A stretch of 64,000 nt of DNA from an uncultured Alphaproteobacteria bacterium (GCA_902521325.1 CABYRE010000005.1:9115-73114), one strand, 5' to 3'; counted from the stretch's first letter, positions 49,154-61,613 are shown. Notes: generated by a model from the letters alone, not told the origin. Program-made: numbers and translations.

Positions 49154-51826
49154 ATGAATTCAAATCAGATTAGGTCAACATTTCTTAATTATTTTAAAAA
49201 AAATGGACATGAGGTTATTCATTCTAGCTCTTTAGTACCAGATAATGATCCTACTCTAATGTTTGCTAACTCTGGAATGGTACAATTTAAAAATATTTTT
49301 ACAGGTAAAGAGACAAGAGATTACAACAGAGCGACTACTGCTCAGAAATGTGTAAGAGCAGGTGGTAAGCACAATGATTTAGAAAATGTAGGATATACTA
49401 CAAGACACCATACTTTTTTTGAAATGTTAGGTAATTTCTCTTTTGGAGATTATTTTAAAGAGTTGGCTATAGAACTAGCTTGGAATCTAATTACTAAAGA
49501 ATATGCAATAAATAAAGATAGACTATTAGTAACTGTTTATTCTGATGATCAGGAAGCTTTTGATTTATGGAAAAAAATAGGTGGATTGTCAGAAAATAAA
49601 ATCATTAAAATAAGTACATCTGATAATTTTTGGTCAATGGGTGAAACTGGTCCTTGCGGTCCATGTTCTGAAATATTTTATGATCATGGTGATAAATACG
49701 AAGGAGGTCCTCCAGGTTCTCCAGACGAAGATGGTGATAGATTTATAGAAATATGGAATTTAGTATTTATGCAATATGAGCAAATATCTAAATCTGAGAG
49801 AATAAATCTACCTAAACCTTCCATTGATACTGGAATGGGATTAGAGAGAATGACAGCTCTTCTAGATGGTTCTAACGATAATTATTCAACAGATTTATTT
49901 CAACCGATTATAAATGAATCAACAAAACTATGTGGCGAAGAAAGTTCAATAACAAATCCTAGTCACAGAGTAATTGCAGATCACTTAAAATCTTCCTCTT
50001 TTTTAATTGCTGATGGAGTAATGCCTTCAAATGAAGGTAGAGGATACGTCTTACGAAGAATAATGAGAAGGGGAATGCGACACGCTCATTCTTTAGGTAA
50101 TAAAGAGCCTGTATTTCATAAGTTATTTCCTATTTTTTTAGATGGAATTAAAAATTCATATCCTGAATTAGATAGAGCAAAAGATCTCATTACTAATACA
50201 CTAATGAATGAAGAAACTAAATTCAAGGAAACTGTTGAAAACGGAATAAAAATTTTAGATGAGGAAATTTCAAATTCAACAAATATATTTAATGGAGAAG
50301 TGGCATTTAAATTATACGATACCTATGGATTTCCCTTAGATTTAACACAAGATTATTTGAAAAGTAAAAATATTGAAGTCGATATAAAAACATTTGAACA
50401 AAAAATGTTAGATCAAAAGGAAAGAGCGAGACAAAGCTGGAAAGGTACAGGAGACATCGAGGATGAAGGCATTTGGTTTGAAATAACTTCTAAAATAGAT
50501 CCAACAGAATTTTTAGGATATTTTGATATGGAAGCTGATTGTAAAATAATTTCAATCATATCAGAAAGTAAGTCAGTAGATAAAATTAAAAAAGATCAAG
50601 AAGCAATTATAATATTAAATCAAACACCTTTTTATGGAGAAAGTGGTGGTCAGGTGGGTGATCAAGGTTTTTTTGAAAATGATAACTTTAAGTTTGAAGT
50701 TATCAATACAACAAAAATATTTGAAAATTATTTTCTTCACAAAGGTAAAGTAATTAGAGGTGGATGCAAAGTTGAAGATATCATTACAGCTAGAATCAAT
50801 ACAGTGAATAGAGATTTTATTAAATATAATCATTCATCAACTCATTTATTACATGCTGCTCTAAGAAAAATACTGGGCAAGCATGTCACGCAGAAGGGTT
50901 CACTTGTAAATTCAGAAAAACTTAGATTTGATTTTAGTCACAATAATCCAATTGAAAAAGATCAACTCATAAATGTTGAAAAAATTGTAAATGATCAAAT
51001 TCAAAAAAATGGAATTGTTGAAATTAAAATTGTCGATCAAAAAAAAGCTATTGAAGAAGGTGCGACGGCATTATTTGGAGAAAAATATAGTGATGAAGTA
51101 AGAGTAGTAACAATGGGTCATGAAAATGAACTATTCTTTTCAAAAGAATTATGCGGAGGAACTCATGTTCTTAGATTAGGGGAAATAAGTAAATTTAAAA
51201 TAACTAATCAATCTAGTGTTGCATCTGGAATAAGAAGAATAGAGGCTGTATCTAATGTTGCAGTAGATAAATATATTAAAGAAATAGAAAAAAATTTATT
51301 AGAAAAAAATAAAAACCAAGATAATCAAATTGAAGATTTAAAGAATAAAATTAAAAAGATTAATGCTGATTATAATTTTAAAAATCAATCTGAAGACAAA
51401 GGTTTGTTAATTAAAGAATTAAATCAAATACACGAAAAATTGAAACAAAATATGTCTATATCAAAAAATATTGACAATATTGTTGTAAAAAAAATCAAAG
51501 AATTAAGTTTTATATACTTGATTGCTGAAGACTACCCTAATAAATCTTTGAAAACATTTATTGATGAGCAAAAAAAACAATATAATAAAAATAGTGTTTC
51601 GTTAATAATTTCAAATAATGAAAACAAATTATCTATAGTGCTAGGAGTTACAGAAGATATTACAGATCTTTTTGATGCTTCAAAAGAAATTAGAGAAATT
51701 TCGATTATTCTAGGTGGAAAGGGTGGGGGTGGTAGAAAAGATCTTGCTCAAGGAGGAGGATCAAATGTTAGTCAAATTAACGAGAGTATAAAATACGTAG
51801 AAGATAGATTAAATTCTATTATTTAA
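49154..51826 (+). CDS. alaS: Alanyl-tRNA synthetase
   Basis: [53 protein letters not shown]. Confidence 0.98.
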   Translation: MNSNQIRSTFLNYFKKNGHEVIHSSSLVPDNDPTLMFANSGMVQFKNIFTGKETRDYNRATTAQKCVRAGGKHNDLENVGYTTRHHTFFEMLGNFSFGDYFKELAIELAWNLITKEYAINKDRLLVTVYSDDQEAFDLWKKIGGLSENKIIKISTSDNFWSMGETGPCGPCSEIFYDHGDKYEGGPPGSPDEDGDRFIEIWNLVFMQYEQISKSERINLPKPSIDTGMGLERMTALLDGSNDNYSTDLFQPIINESTKLCGEESSITNPSHRVIADHLKSSSFLIADGVMPSNEGRGYVLRRIMRRGMRHAHSLGNKEPVFHKLFPIFLDGIKNSYPELDRAKDLITNTLMNEETKFKETVENGIKILDEEISNSTNIFNGEVAFKLYDTYGFPLDLTQDYLKSKNIEVDIKTFEQKMLDQKERARQSWKGTGDIEDEGIWFEITSKIDPTEFLGYFDMEADCKIISIISESKSVDKIKKDQEAIIILNQTPFYGESGGQVGDQGFFENDNFKFEVINTTKIFENYFLHKGKVIRGGCKVEDIITARINTVNRDFIKYNHSSTHLLHAALRKILGKHVTQKGSLVNSEKLRFDFSHNNPIEKDQLINVEKIVNDQIQKNGIVEIKIVDQKKAIEEGATALFGEKYSDEVRVVTMGHENELFFSKELCGGTHVLRLGEISKFKITNQSSVASGIRRIEAVSNVAVDKYIKEIEKNLLEKNKNQDNQIEDLKNKIKKINADYNFKNQSEDKGLLIKELNQIHEKLKQNMSISKNIDNIVVKKIKELSFIYLIAEDYPNKSLKTFIDEQKKQYNKNSVSLIISNNENKLSIVLGVTEDITDLFDASKEIREISIILGGKGGGGRKDLAQGGGSNVSQINESIKYVEDRLNSII

Positions 51827-53027
51827 TTTGAAAATTGTTTTTTATTGCGCTTAAAAAATCTTGAGTGTTTAACCATTTCTGATCTTTATTAATTAATATT
51901 GCTAAATCTTTTGTCATTTCACCACTTTCTACAGTTTTGATACACGTTTCTTCCAATTTTTTTGCAAAATTTATTAATTCATTATTACTATCAAATTCTC
52001 CTCTAAAACTTAAACCCCTTGTCCAAGCAAAAATTGATGCAATAGGATTAGTTGAAGTTTCTATACCTTTTTGATGATTTCTATAATGCCTAGTAACAGT
52101 ACCATGTGCTGCTTCAGCTTCTACTGTTTTACCATCAGGGGTCATCAACACACTTGTCATTAAACCTAGTGATCCAAATCCTTGAGCAACAGAATCTGAT
52201 TGAACATCTCCATCATAATTTTTACAAGCCCAAATAAAATTACCTTCCCATTTTAAAGCTGAGGCCACCATATCATCGATTAATCTATGCTCATAAACTA
52301 TGTCTTTTTCATTAAACTTATTTTTAAATTCAGTATCAAATACATCCTGAAATAAATCTTTAAATCTTCCATCGTAGACTTTTAAAATAGTATTTTTAGT
52401 AGAAAGGTAAACTGGCCAACCAAGGTTAAGACCATAATTAAAACAAGCTCTAGCAAAGTCTTTAATTGAATTATCTAAGTTATACATTGATAGGGCTACA
52501 CCAGATTTTTCAAATTCATATACATCTTTTGTAAATCCTTCAGATCCATCTTTAGGTTCAAAAACCATTTTAAGTGTCCCTGGTTTATTAATTAATGTGT
52601 CAGTTGCTCTATATTGATCTCCAAAGGCATGTCTAGCAACTACAATTGGATTGTTCCAGTTCGTGATTATTCTTGGAACATTTTTGCATATAATTGGTTG
52701 TCTAAATATAGTTCCTCCCAGTATATTTCTTATTGTTCCATTTGGAGAACGCCACATTTTTTTTAATTTGAATTCCTCTACTCGATTTTCATCAGGTGTA
52801 ATTGTTGCACATTTTATGCCTACACCATATCTTTTCACCGCCTCGGCAGCGTCTATGGTGATTTGATCATTGGTTTCATCTCTTTTCATTACTCCAAGAT
52901 CAAAATATTTGATGTCTATATCAAGATAGGGCAAAATTAATTGTTCTTTGATGTACTCCCAGATGATTCTGGTCATTTCATCTCCATCCATTTCAACTAC
53001 AGGGTTTTTAACTTTTATTTTTGCCAT
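51819..53027 (-). CDS. icd: NADP-dependent isocitrate dehydrogenase
   Basis: [43 protein letters not shown]. Confidence 0.97.
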   Translation of the reverse strand: MAKIKVKNPVVEMDGDEMTRIIWEYIKEQLILPYLDIDIKYFDLGVMKRDETNDQITIDAAEAVKRYGVGIKCATITPDENRVEEFKLKKMWRSPNGTIRNILGGTIFRQPIICKNVPRIITNWNNPIVVARHAFGDQYRATDTLINKPGTLKMVFEPKDGSEGFTKDVYEFEKSGVALSMYNLDNSIKDFARACFNYGLNLGWPVYLSTKNTILKVYDGRFKDLFQDVFDTEFKNKFNEKDIVYEHRLIDDMVASALKWEGNFIWACKNYDGDVQSDSVAQGFGSLGLMTSVLMTPDGKTVEAEAAHGTVTRHYRNHQKGIETSTNPIASIFAWTRGLSFRGEFDSNNELINFAKKLEETCIKTVESGEMTKDLAILINKDQKWLNTQDFLSAIKNNFQIK

Positions 53028-53566
53028 TTAATTATTATATTTTTTAATTGATGAACCGTATCTATAATGTGAAAACTGTTTTGTAAATTTTTATTTGAAA
53101 ATTTTTCATCTTCAAAAAATTTAAATTGTTGAAACAGATTATCCCAGAAATTATTTTTATTAAAAAATATTATTGGCTTATTATGAATCCCCATTATTTT
53201 CCAAGATACAACTTCTACAATTTCTTCTAAAGTTCCTGTTCCTCCAGGTAATGCTAAATACGCATCACCTAACTCAAAGAGTAATTTTTTTCTTTCAGAC
53301 ATATTATCCACTATTTTTAACTCATCTATATTTTCAAAAATTATTTCTCTCTCAGATAAGAAATTTGGAATTACTCCAATAACTCTATTTTTATATTTTT
53401 TTGCTGTCTTAGCAACCACACCCATAATACCAACTTTTGCCCCACCGTAGACAATATTTATTTCAAATGATGATATTAACTTGCTAATTTCTTTTGCATC
53501 TTGATAATATTTATTACTTAATTTATCTGAAGATGAGCAATAGACAGTAATAGATTTAATAGTCAT
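53015..53566 (-). CDS. LOG family (TIGR00730) nucleotide phosphoribohydrolase
   Basis: VYGGA.VG.MG, M.ERK, PGG.GTLEE. Confidence 0.9.
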   Translation of the reverse strand: MTIKSITVYCSSSDKLSNKYYQDAKEISKLISSFEINIVYGGAKVGIMGVVAKTAKKYKNRVIGVIPNFLSEREIIFENIDELKIVDNMSERKKLLFELGDAYLALPGGTGTLEEIVEVVSWKIMGIHNKPIIFFNKNNFWDNLFQQFKFFEDEKFSNKNLQNSFHIIDTVHQLKNIIIKWQK

Positions 53567-53592
53567 ATATTTAAATGTTTATTAGAAAAAAT

Positions 53593-56500
53593 TTAACTAG
53601 AAATTTTATTCTTATACCAATTCTTAATGTTTTCTCTAAACATTAATGCTGATGGAGTTACAACTAATGTAAGAAATGTTGCAAAAAGTAGTCCAAATAC
53701 TATAGCTGTTGATAATTGAACCCACCACTGAGTATCTGGCGAACCTCTGGTTATTTCTCTAGATATAAAATCAACATTTGTCATTGTAACCATTGGTAAT
53801 AATCCTAGTACTGTTGTAGTTGTAGTAAGTAAAACTGGTCTAAGTCTCTGTGCTCCTGTTTTGATAATGGCTTCTCTTATACTAGATGTTTTAGTCTTTA
53901 AAAAATCAAATGTATCAATCAAAATAATATTATTATTTACAACTATTCCAGCAAGAGCAATTACTCCAACTCCTGACATAACAATACCAAATGGCTGTGC
54001 TGTCACCATTAAACCTATAAATACACCAGCAGTAGACATTACTACTGCAAAAAGAATTAAGAATGCACTATAAAAGCTATTAAACTGCAAAAGAAGTATC
54101 ATTAGCATTAAAAATAAAGCTACACCAAAAGCTCCTGTTAAAAACTCTTGAGCTTCTTTTTGGTCTTCATTTTCTCCAATAAGTTCTGCCCTTACTTTAT
54201 TATCTAATTCATAACGTGGTAAATCTAATGTTCTTCCTCTCCAAGATGGAACAGTATCTGAAATTCCTAATACGTACTCAAGTTCTCTAACTTTACCATC
54301 AGGATAAGTTCCAGGCTCTACATCTGCCTGAATATTTATAGCATTTTTTGAATCTACTCTGATTATATTTCCTGTTCTGCTATTTGGAACAATTTCTACA
54401 AAATTGGATATTGGAACTAAACCATTTGAAGTAATTACTCTTAAGTTATCAATTCTATCCAATGTTCTTCCTTCGTTTGGATAACGAAGATAAAGTGGTA
54501 TACTTTCATTACTATCATCAGGTCTATATTCACCAAGTTTAAGACCGTTTGTTGCAAGTTTAATTACATTACCAATTGATGTAATGTTAGCTCCAAATTT
54601 AGATGCTTGTTTTCTATCTACATTAATTTCCCATTCTATCCCAGGTGCTGGTAAATTATCTTCTACATTCATTAAGTTTGGATAACTATCCATAAATTTT
54701 TTAAGCTTAGTTCCTTCAGCAATTAAAAGTTGTTTATTATCACTGGTTAATTTAATGTTAATTGGTTTACCTTCACCAGGACCACCTTGTTGTTCTCTTG
54801 ATTCAACTTTAATACCGTTTATACTTTTTGTGGCTTCCAAAATTTCTGCTAGAATTACTTTTGATTTTCTTCTTTTATCCCAATCTGTATATTCTAAACT
54901 TATTGATCCTATAAAGTCTTCTGATGCCTCTGATTGTTCACTTACATTTCCACTTAAGGAATAAATATTTTTAAATTCCTGTCTTTCTGATTGAAGTTTT
55001 AAAATAATATTCTCAACTCTTGATACATAATCTTTTTTTTCTTCAACAGAAAGATTACCTCTTGCAAAAACTACGATTTTTGCGAGATCTGGTTCAACAT
55101 CTGGGAAAAATTCAACACCTTCTCCAACTTGAGTATAAGTGTAGTTTACAGCAATTAATATTACTAAGGCACTAATCATCACTTTTAAAGGATGAAATAA
55201 TAAGAAGTTTAATATTTTTGCATAAAATCCAACAAAACCAGTAACGTTTAAAACAGGTTCATTTGATTCTGAAGATAAGATTTTTGCATTTTTAGAAACT
55301 AATTTATCTGTAGAATTTACATTTTCTGAAATTTTATAAACCCTTGGTATAATTCTTATAAATACAAATATAAATAAAGCGAAGCTGAGCAAATATTTTC
55401 CAATTGTTATAAATAAACTAAATCTTTGAAGGTCTAATAATCCAAATCCAAAAGATAACAGATTATAAAAAATTAATGATATTAGTAATGGAACAATAAA
55501 TTGTAGAAGTATTCTTGATACAGTATTTAAAATAGATCCTAAAACCGGTACAAACAGTAGTGCCATAAACAAAGAAGAAATAAGAACACATATAAGTGTT
55601 ATTGGTAAATATTTCATAAATTCACCAGCTATACCAGGCCAGAATATTAATGGTAAAAAAGCTGCTAGAGTAGTTGCAGTCGATGATATAATCGGTAGTG
55701 ACATTTTTTTTGATGCGTTTGCAAATGCATCTTTTACACTAAGGCCTTCTTTCATTTTTCTATCTGCATATTCAACAACAACAATTGCTCCATCAACTAG
55801 CAAACCTACAGATAAAATTAGAGCAAATAATACTACTATATTAATAGTAAAACCCATTACAGACAGGGCTAATAAACCTGATAAAAACGAACCTGGAATA
55901 GATACACCAACTAATAAACCAGATCTAACGCCTAATGCACCTAAAATAATAATTAGAACAAGGATTATAGCTGCTATGACGTTATTTTGCAGACTATTTA
56001 ACATAGTTTTAATGCCTTTTGATTGATCATTTCCAAAAGAAATTTCAACATTTTCAGGAAAACTTTTAGCAGTAATTGCAGTTATTCTTTTTACTTCTTC
56101 AATAGTATTAATAATATTTTCACCAATTCTTTTAGAGACATCAATAGTTATTGAATTAGATCCATTTACATTTGCATAAGATTGCCTATCTTCGAATGTT
56201 CTTTTAACTTCAGCAATATCCCTGAAAGTAATAACTGAATCTCCGTTAGTTTTAACAGGAGTATTTAATACATCTTCAATAGTTTCGTATAAGCCTGGAA
56301 CTTTAATATCAAAACTTCCGTCACCAGTGTCTTGACCGCCAGCAGATACCATTTTATTATTTTCTCTAACGATATTAATAAGACTCTCAAGATTGATGCC
56401 ATAGCTATCAACTGCAGTTGGATTAATTAATATATCAACCTGCTCATTTCTTTTACCACCTATTTTTGCTTCTAAAACACTAGGAATTGTTTCTATATCA

Positions 56501-56988
56501 TCTTGCAAAATATCAGCTAAATCTTGAAGAGTTCTATTAGGTACATCTCCACTTAAAGAAATGGATAAGATAGGAAATGTACTTATATTAACCTCGTTAA
56601 CTGTTGGTTCATCTGCTTCACTAGGTAGATCACCCTTAGCTCTATCAACTTTATCTCTGATATCAACCATAGCTTGATCAGAATCAAATCCAGCATCAAA
56701 TTCTAATAAAACATTGCCTCCACCTGAATAAGCTGTTGATCTTACTTCTTTTACTCCTTCAACAGTTTTTACTTCGTCTTCAATTGGTTTAACTAAAAGC
56801 CTTTCAGAGTCTTGTGCAGAAATACCATTTTGACTTAGTGAAATATAAACTATTGGTATGCTTACATCAGGAGATGATTCTTTGGGCATAGTGATGTAAG
56901 TAGATGCGCCTGAAAAAATAATAAAAATAAGTATTCCCATGAAAACTCGGGAATGGCTAATTGCATAGTCTATAATATTAATTTTCAT
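53593..56988 (-). CDS. RND efflux transporter permease (AcrB/AcrD/AcrF family)
   Basis: GLLVDGAIVVVE, AFLPL.FWPG..GEFMKYLP, GIVVNNNIILID, RLRPVLLT. Confidence 0.95.
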   Translation of the reverse strand: MKINIIDYAISHSRVFMGILIFIIFSGASTYITMPKESSPDVSIPIVYISLSQNGISAQDSERLLVKPIEDEVKTVEGVKEVRSTAYSGGGNVLLEFDAGFDSDQAMVDIRDKVDRAKGDLPSEADEPTVNEVNISTFPILSISLSGDVPNRTLQDLADILQDDIETIPSVLEAKIGGKRNEQVDILINPTAVDSYGINLESLINIVRENNKMVSAGGQDTGDGSFDIKVPGLYETIEDVLNTPVKTNGDSVITFRDIAEVKRTFEDRQSYANVNGSNSITIDVSKRIGENIINTIEEVKRITAITAKSFPENVEISFGNDQSKGIKTMLNSLQNNVIAAIILVLIIILGALGVRSGLLVGVSIPGSFLSGLLALSVMGFTINIVVLFALILSVGLLVDGAIVVVEYADRKMKEGLSVKDAFANASKKMSLPIISSTATTLAAFLPLIFWPGIAGEFMKYLPITLICVLISSLFMALLFVPVLGSILNTVSRILLQFIVPLLISLIFYNLLSFGFGLLDLQRFSLFITIGKYLLSFALFIFVFIRIIPRVYKISENVNSTDKLVSKNAKILSSESNEPVLNVTGFVGFYAKILNFLLFHPLKVMISALVILIAVNYTYTQVGEGVEFFPDVEPDLAKIVVFARGNLSVEEKKDYVSRVENIILKLQSERQEFKNIYSLSGNVSEQSEASEDFIGSISLEYTDWDKRRKSKVILAEILEATKSINGIKVESREQQGGPGEGKPINIKLTSDNKQLLIAEGTKLKKFMDSYPNLMNVEDNLPAPGIEWEINVDRKQASKFGANITSIGNVIKLATNGLKLGEYRPDDSNESIPLYLRYPNEGRTLDRIDNLRVITSNGLVPISNFVEIVPNSRTGNIIRVDSKNAINIQADVEPGTYPDGKVRELEYVLGISDTVPSWRGRTLDLPRYELDNKVRAELIGENEDQKEAQEFLTGAFGVALFLMLMILLLQFNSFYSAFLILFAVVMSTAGVFIGLMVTAQPFGIVMSGVGVIALAGIVVNNNIILIDTFDFLKTKTSSIREAIIKTGAQRLRPVLLTTTTTVLGLLPMVTMTNVDFISREITRGSPDTQWWVQLSTAIVFGLLFATFLTLVVTPSALMFRENIKNWYKNKISS

Positions 56989-56993
56989 TTAGA

Positions 56994-58235
56994 TTAGTTT
57001 ATTGTTTCACCAATACTTATATATTCTTGACCACTTATAATTAATTTTACTGTCTCAGGTAATCCAGAAACCCACATACCATCTATTGTATCCTTAATTG
57101 TTTTAGTTGGATAGAAAGTAACTTTATTATCATTATCTACAGCTTTAACACCTACAGTACCATCGTCTAACAAAGTTAATATAGAAGGAGGTATTTTGTG
57201 AGCTTTAAGTTCTGAGCCTTTGATAACAATTTTAGTGGTTATACCACTTTTATAAGAGAGATCTTTGTTATCAGCTTCAATTGTAATTTCAAATGTTCTA
57301 GTACTAGTTTCAGCTGATGGAGAAATAAAAGATATTATTCCATTTTTTTTAATACCATTACTATCTTCAATTAGAGCTTTAGTGCCAACACTCACTTTAT
57401 TTACATCAAATTCAGATAAATAACCTTCAATCTTGATAGGGTCTAAATCAATTATAGTAAATAGGGGAGTGCCTATAGAGATGAATTCAGTTTCCTCAAC
57501 CATTTTTTCTGAAATAATTCCATCAAATGGTGCCTTGATAAAAGTTTTTTCAATATCAAGTTTTATGTTTTTTAAAATTGACTTTACATTTGAAATTTGA
57601 GCTTCAAGGTTTGCTAAGGTAGATTCAAATTTTATTTTAATATCTTCTCTATCAGTTTGAGCATTAGCAAGATTAAAAGATGCTAAACTTAATTTTGATT
57701 TTGAACTTAAACCTTTATCAATAAGTTGTTTTGCAGATGCATATTCAATTTCATACAATTCAATTCTTTCAACATTTTGTCTAAGTAGATTATCTCTGTT
57801 TTTTTCATTTAAAATTAATTCTTTATTAAGTCTTTCTAAATCTTTTTTTGCACTAGAAAGCTTTTCATTTCTATCTTCTAGTGAAATTGTAATCATTTCA
57901 GCATTTTGAGATACTCTATCTCCTCTTGAAAATTCAATATTATCTATGTTGCCAGATGTTTCAGATTTAACATCAATTTTTTTATTATGAATAGTTTGAC
58001 CTTGTAATTCAATAGATTGATCTATTAGACTAGAAGTAAATACTTTTGTTTCAACAGAAAATGTAAATTCTTCATTATCATTATTTTCTGTATCTTGAAA
58101 ATATGAAGTTTCTGTTTCGGTGCTAGTTTCTGTATTATCGTCTTGCGCAACAACATTGTTTGAAAATTGACCAGAACCAATCCATCCAACAACAGCGGCA
58201 AGTATTATGAAAGCTATAAATATTGATCTTTTCAT
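56994..58235 (-). CDS. RND efflux periplasmic adaptor (membrane fusion protein)
   Basis: N-terminal TM, long coiled coil, IKAPFDG, TRTFEI, GMWVSGL. Confidence 0.92.
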   Translation of the reverse strand: MKRSIFIAFIILAAVVGWIGSGQFSNNVVAQDDNTETSTETETSYFQDTENNDNEEFTFSVETKVFTSSLIDQSIELQGQTIHNKKIDVKSETSGNIDNIEFSRGDRVSQNAEMITISLEDRNEKLSSAKKDLERLNKELILNEKNRDNLLRQNVERIELYEIEYASAKQLIDKGLSSKSKLSLASFNLANAQTDREDIKIKFESTLANLEAQISNVKSILKNIKLDIEKTFIKAPFDGIISEKMVEETEFISIGTPLFTIIDLDPIKIEGYLSEFDVNKVSVGTKALIEDSNGIKKNGIISFISPSAETSTRTFEITIEADNKDLSYKSGITTKIVIKGSELKAHKIPPSILTLLDDGTVGVKAVDNDNKVTFYPTKTIKDTIDGMWVSGLPETVKLIISGQEYISIGETIN

Positions 58236-58305
58236 TAAATATCGTACATGTCATATATATTAAAGTTACTAAAAAAACAATTTTTTGTTAACTTTATTAT
58301 CTTTT

Positions 58306-58905
58306 ATGAAATCAAAAAACTGGGTTAATAGACAAAAAAATGATCAGTTTGTAAAGAAAGCTAAACAGTTAGGGTATATAAATCGAGCTGCGTTTAAACT
58401 TGAAGAGATTGAGCAAAAATATAATATAATTGAGCATTCTAAAGAAATACTAGAACTTGGATCTTCTCCAGGAGGTTGGACTCAAGTCATCTTAAATTAC
58501 AATCCAAAAACTTATATAACCTGCTTTGATTTATTAGATATGAAAATGAATCATCAACGTGTAGCTTTCTATAGAGAAGATTTTTTAAAATATAATTTTA
58601 CTAATTTAAAAAATAAATTTGATTTAGTTTTATCAGATGTAGCTCCTAATACAACTGGTCATCAATCAACAGATCATCTGAGAATAAGTCAATTAATATA
58701 TGAAGTTATAGACAGATTAGAAATAATATTAAAAAAACAAGGATCATTTATTTTCAAAATTTGGAAGGGAGAGGAAGAAAAGGAAATTATAAAGATGCTT
58801 AAAAAAATTTTTGATAAAGTTGAGTATTTTAAGCCAAAATCATCAAGACAAGAATCAAGTGAAATATTTATTATATCAAGAGGATTTAGATTGTATGAGG
58901 AGTAA
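58306..58905 (+). CDS. rlmE: 23S rRNA methyltransferase RlmE (FtsJ)
   Basis: RAAFKL.EI, ELGSSPGGWTQ, LSDVAPN.TG, KP.SSR.ES.E; start moved to ATG 58306. Confidence 0.93.
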   Translation: MKSKNWVNRQKNDQFVKKAKQLGYINRAAFKLEEIEQKYNIIEHSKEILELGSSPGGWTQVILNYNPKTYITCFDLLDMKMNHQRVAFYREDFLKYNFTNLKNKFDLVLSDVAPNTTGHQSTDHLRISQLIYEVIDRLEIILKKQGSFIFKIWKGEEEKEIIKMLKKIFDKVEYFKPKSSRQESSEIFIISRGFRLYEE

Positions 58906-60448
58906 ATTAGAAACTATTTTAATTGTAGATTATGGATCTCAATACACACAGTTAATAGCAAGAAGAATAAGAGAGTTAGAAGTCTTTTGTCTTGTCTATC
59001 CTTTTAATAAAATTACAAAAAAAATTTTAAATGAAATCAAACCATCGGCATTTATATTATCTGGAGGACCTAGATCAGTACTAGACAAAAATGCTCCTAT
59101 ATTAAATCAAGAAATTTTAAAAATGAAAAAACCAGTTTTAGCAATTTGCTATGGTATGCAATTAGTAACAAAAAATTTGAAAGGTGTAGTAAAACGTTCC
59201 ACGCATAGAGAGTATGGTCACACCATAATAAATATTAAGAAAAAATCACTTTTATTTAAAGGAATTAATAAACAAAAAATCAAAGTATGGATGTCTCATG
59301 GAGATAATATCAATAAAATACCAAAACTTTTTTCAATAACATCTTTATCAAATAATAAAATTATTTCATCTATTGAAAATTATAAAAATAAAATTTATTG
59401 CCTTCAATTTCATCCTGAGGTCTATCACACAGATTTTGGTTCAAAAATAATTAATAATTTTATTTTCAATATAGTAAATATAAAAAATAAATTCAAAATT
59501 CAAAAATTTATTGAAAATAAAGTATTAGAATTAAAAAATGAAATTAATAATAAAAAAATAATTTGTGGTTTATCTGGAGGTGTAGATTCTACAGTTACTG
59601 CATATTTGTTAAGCATGGCCGTTAACAAAAATCTTTATTGTATTTTCGTTGATCACGGTCTTTTAAGGAAAAATGAAGCTAATGAAGTTGCAAAAATATT
59701 TTCCAAAAAATTTGGAAAAAACTTTATTAAAATAAATGCTTCTAATATTTTTTTAAAAAAATTAAAAAAAGTTTCTGATCCTGAGAAAAAAAGAAAAATA
59801 ATTGGCAAAACATTTATAGAAGTTTTTGATAAAGCAGCTAAAAAAATATCAAATGTAGATTATTTAGGGCAGGGGACTCTTTACCCTGATATTATAGAAA
59901 GTATTCCATTTTTTGGAGGTCCAACAGCTAAAATAAAAAGTCATCATAATGTTGGGGGTTTACCAAAAAAAATGAAATTAAAAATTGTGGAGCCATTAAG
60001 AGAATTATTTAAAGACGAGGTAAGAAATGTTGGAAGGCAATTAAAAATAGATAAACAGTTACTTTTAAGACATCCTTTCCCAGGTCCAGGTTTAGCAATC
60101 CGAATACCTGGGTTAATTGATAAAAAAAAGATCTTAATTCTTCAAGAGGCAGATCATATTTTTATTGAGTATTTAAAAGAAAAAAATCTTTATAATAAAA
60201 TTTGGCAAGCTTTTGTTGTTCTTTTACCAGTAAAATCAGTAGGTGTTATGGGAGATGAAAGAACATACAATTACTCTGTTTCACTTAGAGCTATTACTTC
60301 AGTGGATGGAATGACAGCGGATTTTTATATGTTTTCAAATAATCAACTCAAAGAAATATCTTCTCGAATAATTAATAATGTTAAAGGTATTAACAGAGTA
60401 TTATATGACTTTACTTCTAAACCTCCAGGAACCATTGAATGGGAATAA
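58895..60448 (+). CDS. guaA: GMP synthase (glutamine-hydrolysing)
   Basis: DYGSQYTQLIARR, ICYGMQ, WMSHGD, QFHPEV, SGGVDS, IKSHHNVGGLP, KPPGTIEWE; start moved to ATG 58895. Confidence 0.97.
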   Translation: MRSKLETILIVDYGSQYTQLIARRIRELEVFCLVYPFNKITKKILNEIKPSAFILSGGPRSVLDKNAPILNQEILKMKKPVLAICYGMQLVTKNLKGVVKRSTHREYGHTIINIKKKSLLFKGINKQKIKVWMSHGDNINKIPKLFSITSLSNNKIISSIENYKNKIYCLQFHPEVYHTDFGSKIINNFIFNIVNIKNKFKIQKFIENKVLELKNEINNKKIICGLSGGVDSTVTAYLLSMAVNKNLYCIFVDHGLLRKNEANEVAKIFSKKFGKNFIKINASNIFLKKLKKVSDPEKKRKIIGKTFIEVFDKAAKKISNVDYLGQGTLYPDIIESIPFFGGPTAKIKSHHNVGGLPKKMKLKIVEPLRELFKDEVRNVGRQLKIDKQLLLRHPFPGPGLAIRIPGLIDKKKILILQEADHIFIEYLKEKNLYNKIWQAFVVLLPVKSVGVMGDERTYNYSVSLRAITSVDGMTADFYMFSNNQLKEISSRIINNVKGINRVLYDFTSKPPGTIEWE

Positions 60449-60585
60449 TATTACTAATTGATTTTGTTATATTTTTAAATTTAAGATTTATGTATGCATT
60501 TTAAGAATTACTAAATTGCCTATATCGTATTATTAAAAAAACACATTTAAACTAACCTCAAATTTATATTAGGAGGTATAATCAA

Positions 60586-61563
60586 ATGAAAATATTTTTA
60601 ATATTTATTACTTCAGTACTCTTATCTTTCAATAGTTTTGCAAATACTAAAATATCTTTTGCTTTAGATTGGAAATTTGAAGGACCAAGTGCACCTTATT
60701 TCTATGCAATAGATAAAGGATATTTTGTTGAAGAACAATTAGAAGTTGAAATATCTGCAGGTAAAGGATCCTTAGATGCAATTCCAAAGGTTGCTACAGG
60801 AGCTTTTCCTATTGGCTTTGCAGATATAAACAGTTTAATAAAATTCTTAGATCAAAATCCTGGAGCGCCAGTTATGGCAGTTATGATGGTTTATGATAAA
60901 CCTCCATTTGCAATTGCTGGAAGAAAAAGTCTTGGTGTTACAACTCCATCTGATTTAGAGGGAAAAATTCTTGGTGCACCACCACCTGATGGTGCATGGG
61001 CACAATTCCCACCATTTGCTAATGCAAATAATATTAATGTTGATAATATAACAGTGGAGCCAGTAGGTTTTCCAACAAGAGAACCGATGTTAGCTGAAAA
61101 AAACGTTGACGCTATAACAGGGTTTTCATTTTCAATGTTTTTAAATTTAGTTCGTCTTGGTGTTCCTGAGGATGATATATCAATTATGTTGATGGCAAAC
61201 TATGGATTAGAATTATATGGTAATGCCATAATAGTTAACACTGATTATGCAGATGCAAATCCTGAAATAGTTAAAGGTTTTTTAAAAGCTGTATCTAAAG
61301 GATGGGCTGATGCTATGAAAAATCCTGAAGATGCGGTGAAGAGCATGGTTGAGCGAAATCCAGCTGCTGATTTAGCTTTAGAGACAAGAAGATTGATATT
61401 AGCAATAGAAGGAAATGTTAATACTGATTACGTAAAAGAAAACGGTATGGGTAATATTGACATTGCAAGAATGGAAAAAGCTTTAGGACAGTTAGCAGAA
61501 ACATACGAATTCTCATCTGATCCAGAGATTTCATCATTTTTTACCGATAAATATTTACCTTAA
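60586..61563 (+). CDS. ABC transporter substrate-binding protein, NMT1/THI5 (NitT/TauT) family
   Basis: Signal peptide, FALDWKFEGP.APY, LYGN.I; AGGAGG RBS. Confidence 0.88.
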   Translation: MKIFLIFITSVLLSFNSFANTKISFALDWKFEGPSAPYFYAIDKGYFVEEQLEVEISAGKGSLDAIPKVATGAFPIGFADINSLIKFLDQNPGAPVMAVMMVYDKPPFAIAGRKSLGVTTPSDLEGKILGAPPPDGAWAQFPPFANANNINVDNITVEPVGFPTREPMLAEKNVDAITGFSFSMFLNLVRLGVPEDDISIMLMANYGLELYGNAIIVNTDYADANPEIVKGFLKAVSKGWADAMKNPEDAVKSMVERNPAADLALETRRLILAIEGNVNTDYVKENGMGNIDIARMEKALGQLAETYEFSSDPEISSFFTDKYLP

Positions 61564-61569
61564 TAATTT

Positions 61570-61600
61570 TATATGGGGTAGACTATTTCTACCCCATATA
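61570..61600 (+). terminator. Hairpin after the SBP gene
   Basis: TATATGGGGTAGA-CTATT-TCTACCCCATATA, 13-bp stem. Confidence 0.7.
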
Positions 61601-61613
61601 CTAATCATTACTT

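Noticed and set aside
60449-60585. TPP or other riboswitch upstream of the NMT1/THI5-family SBP; ACCTC anti-SD pairing with GAGGT
   Set aside because: No conserved TPP motif (GCTGAGA, CTGAT..GG.AAT.CC) is visible, and a 5-bp anti-SD pairing is too weak. An Rfam/Infernal scan would settle it.
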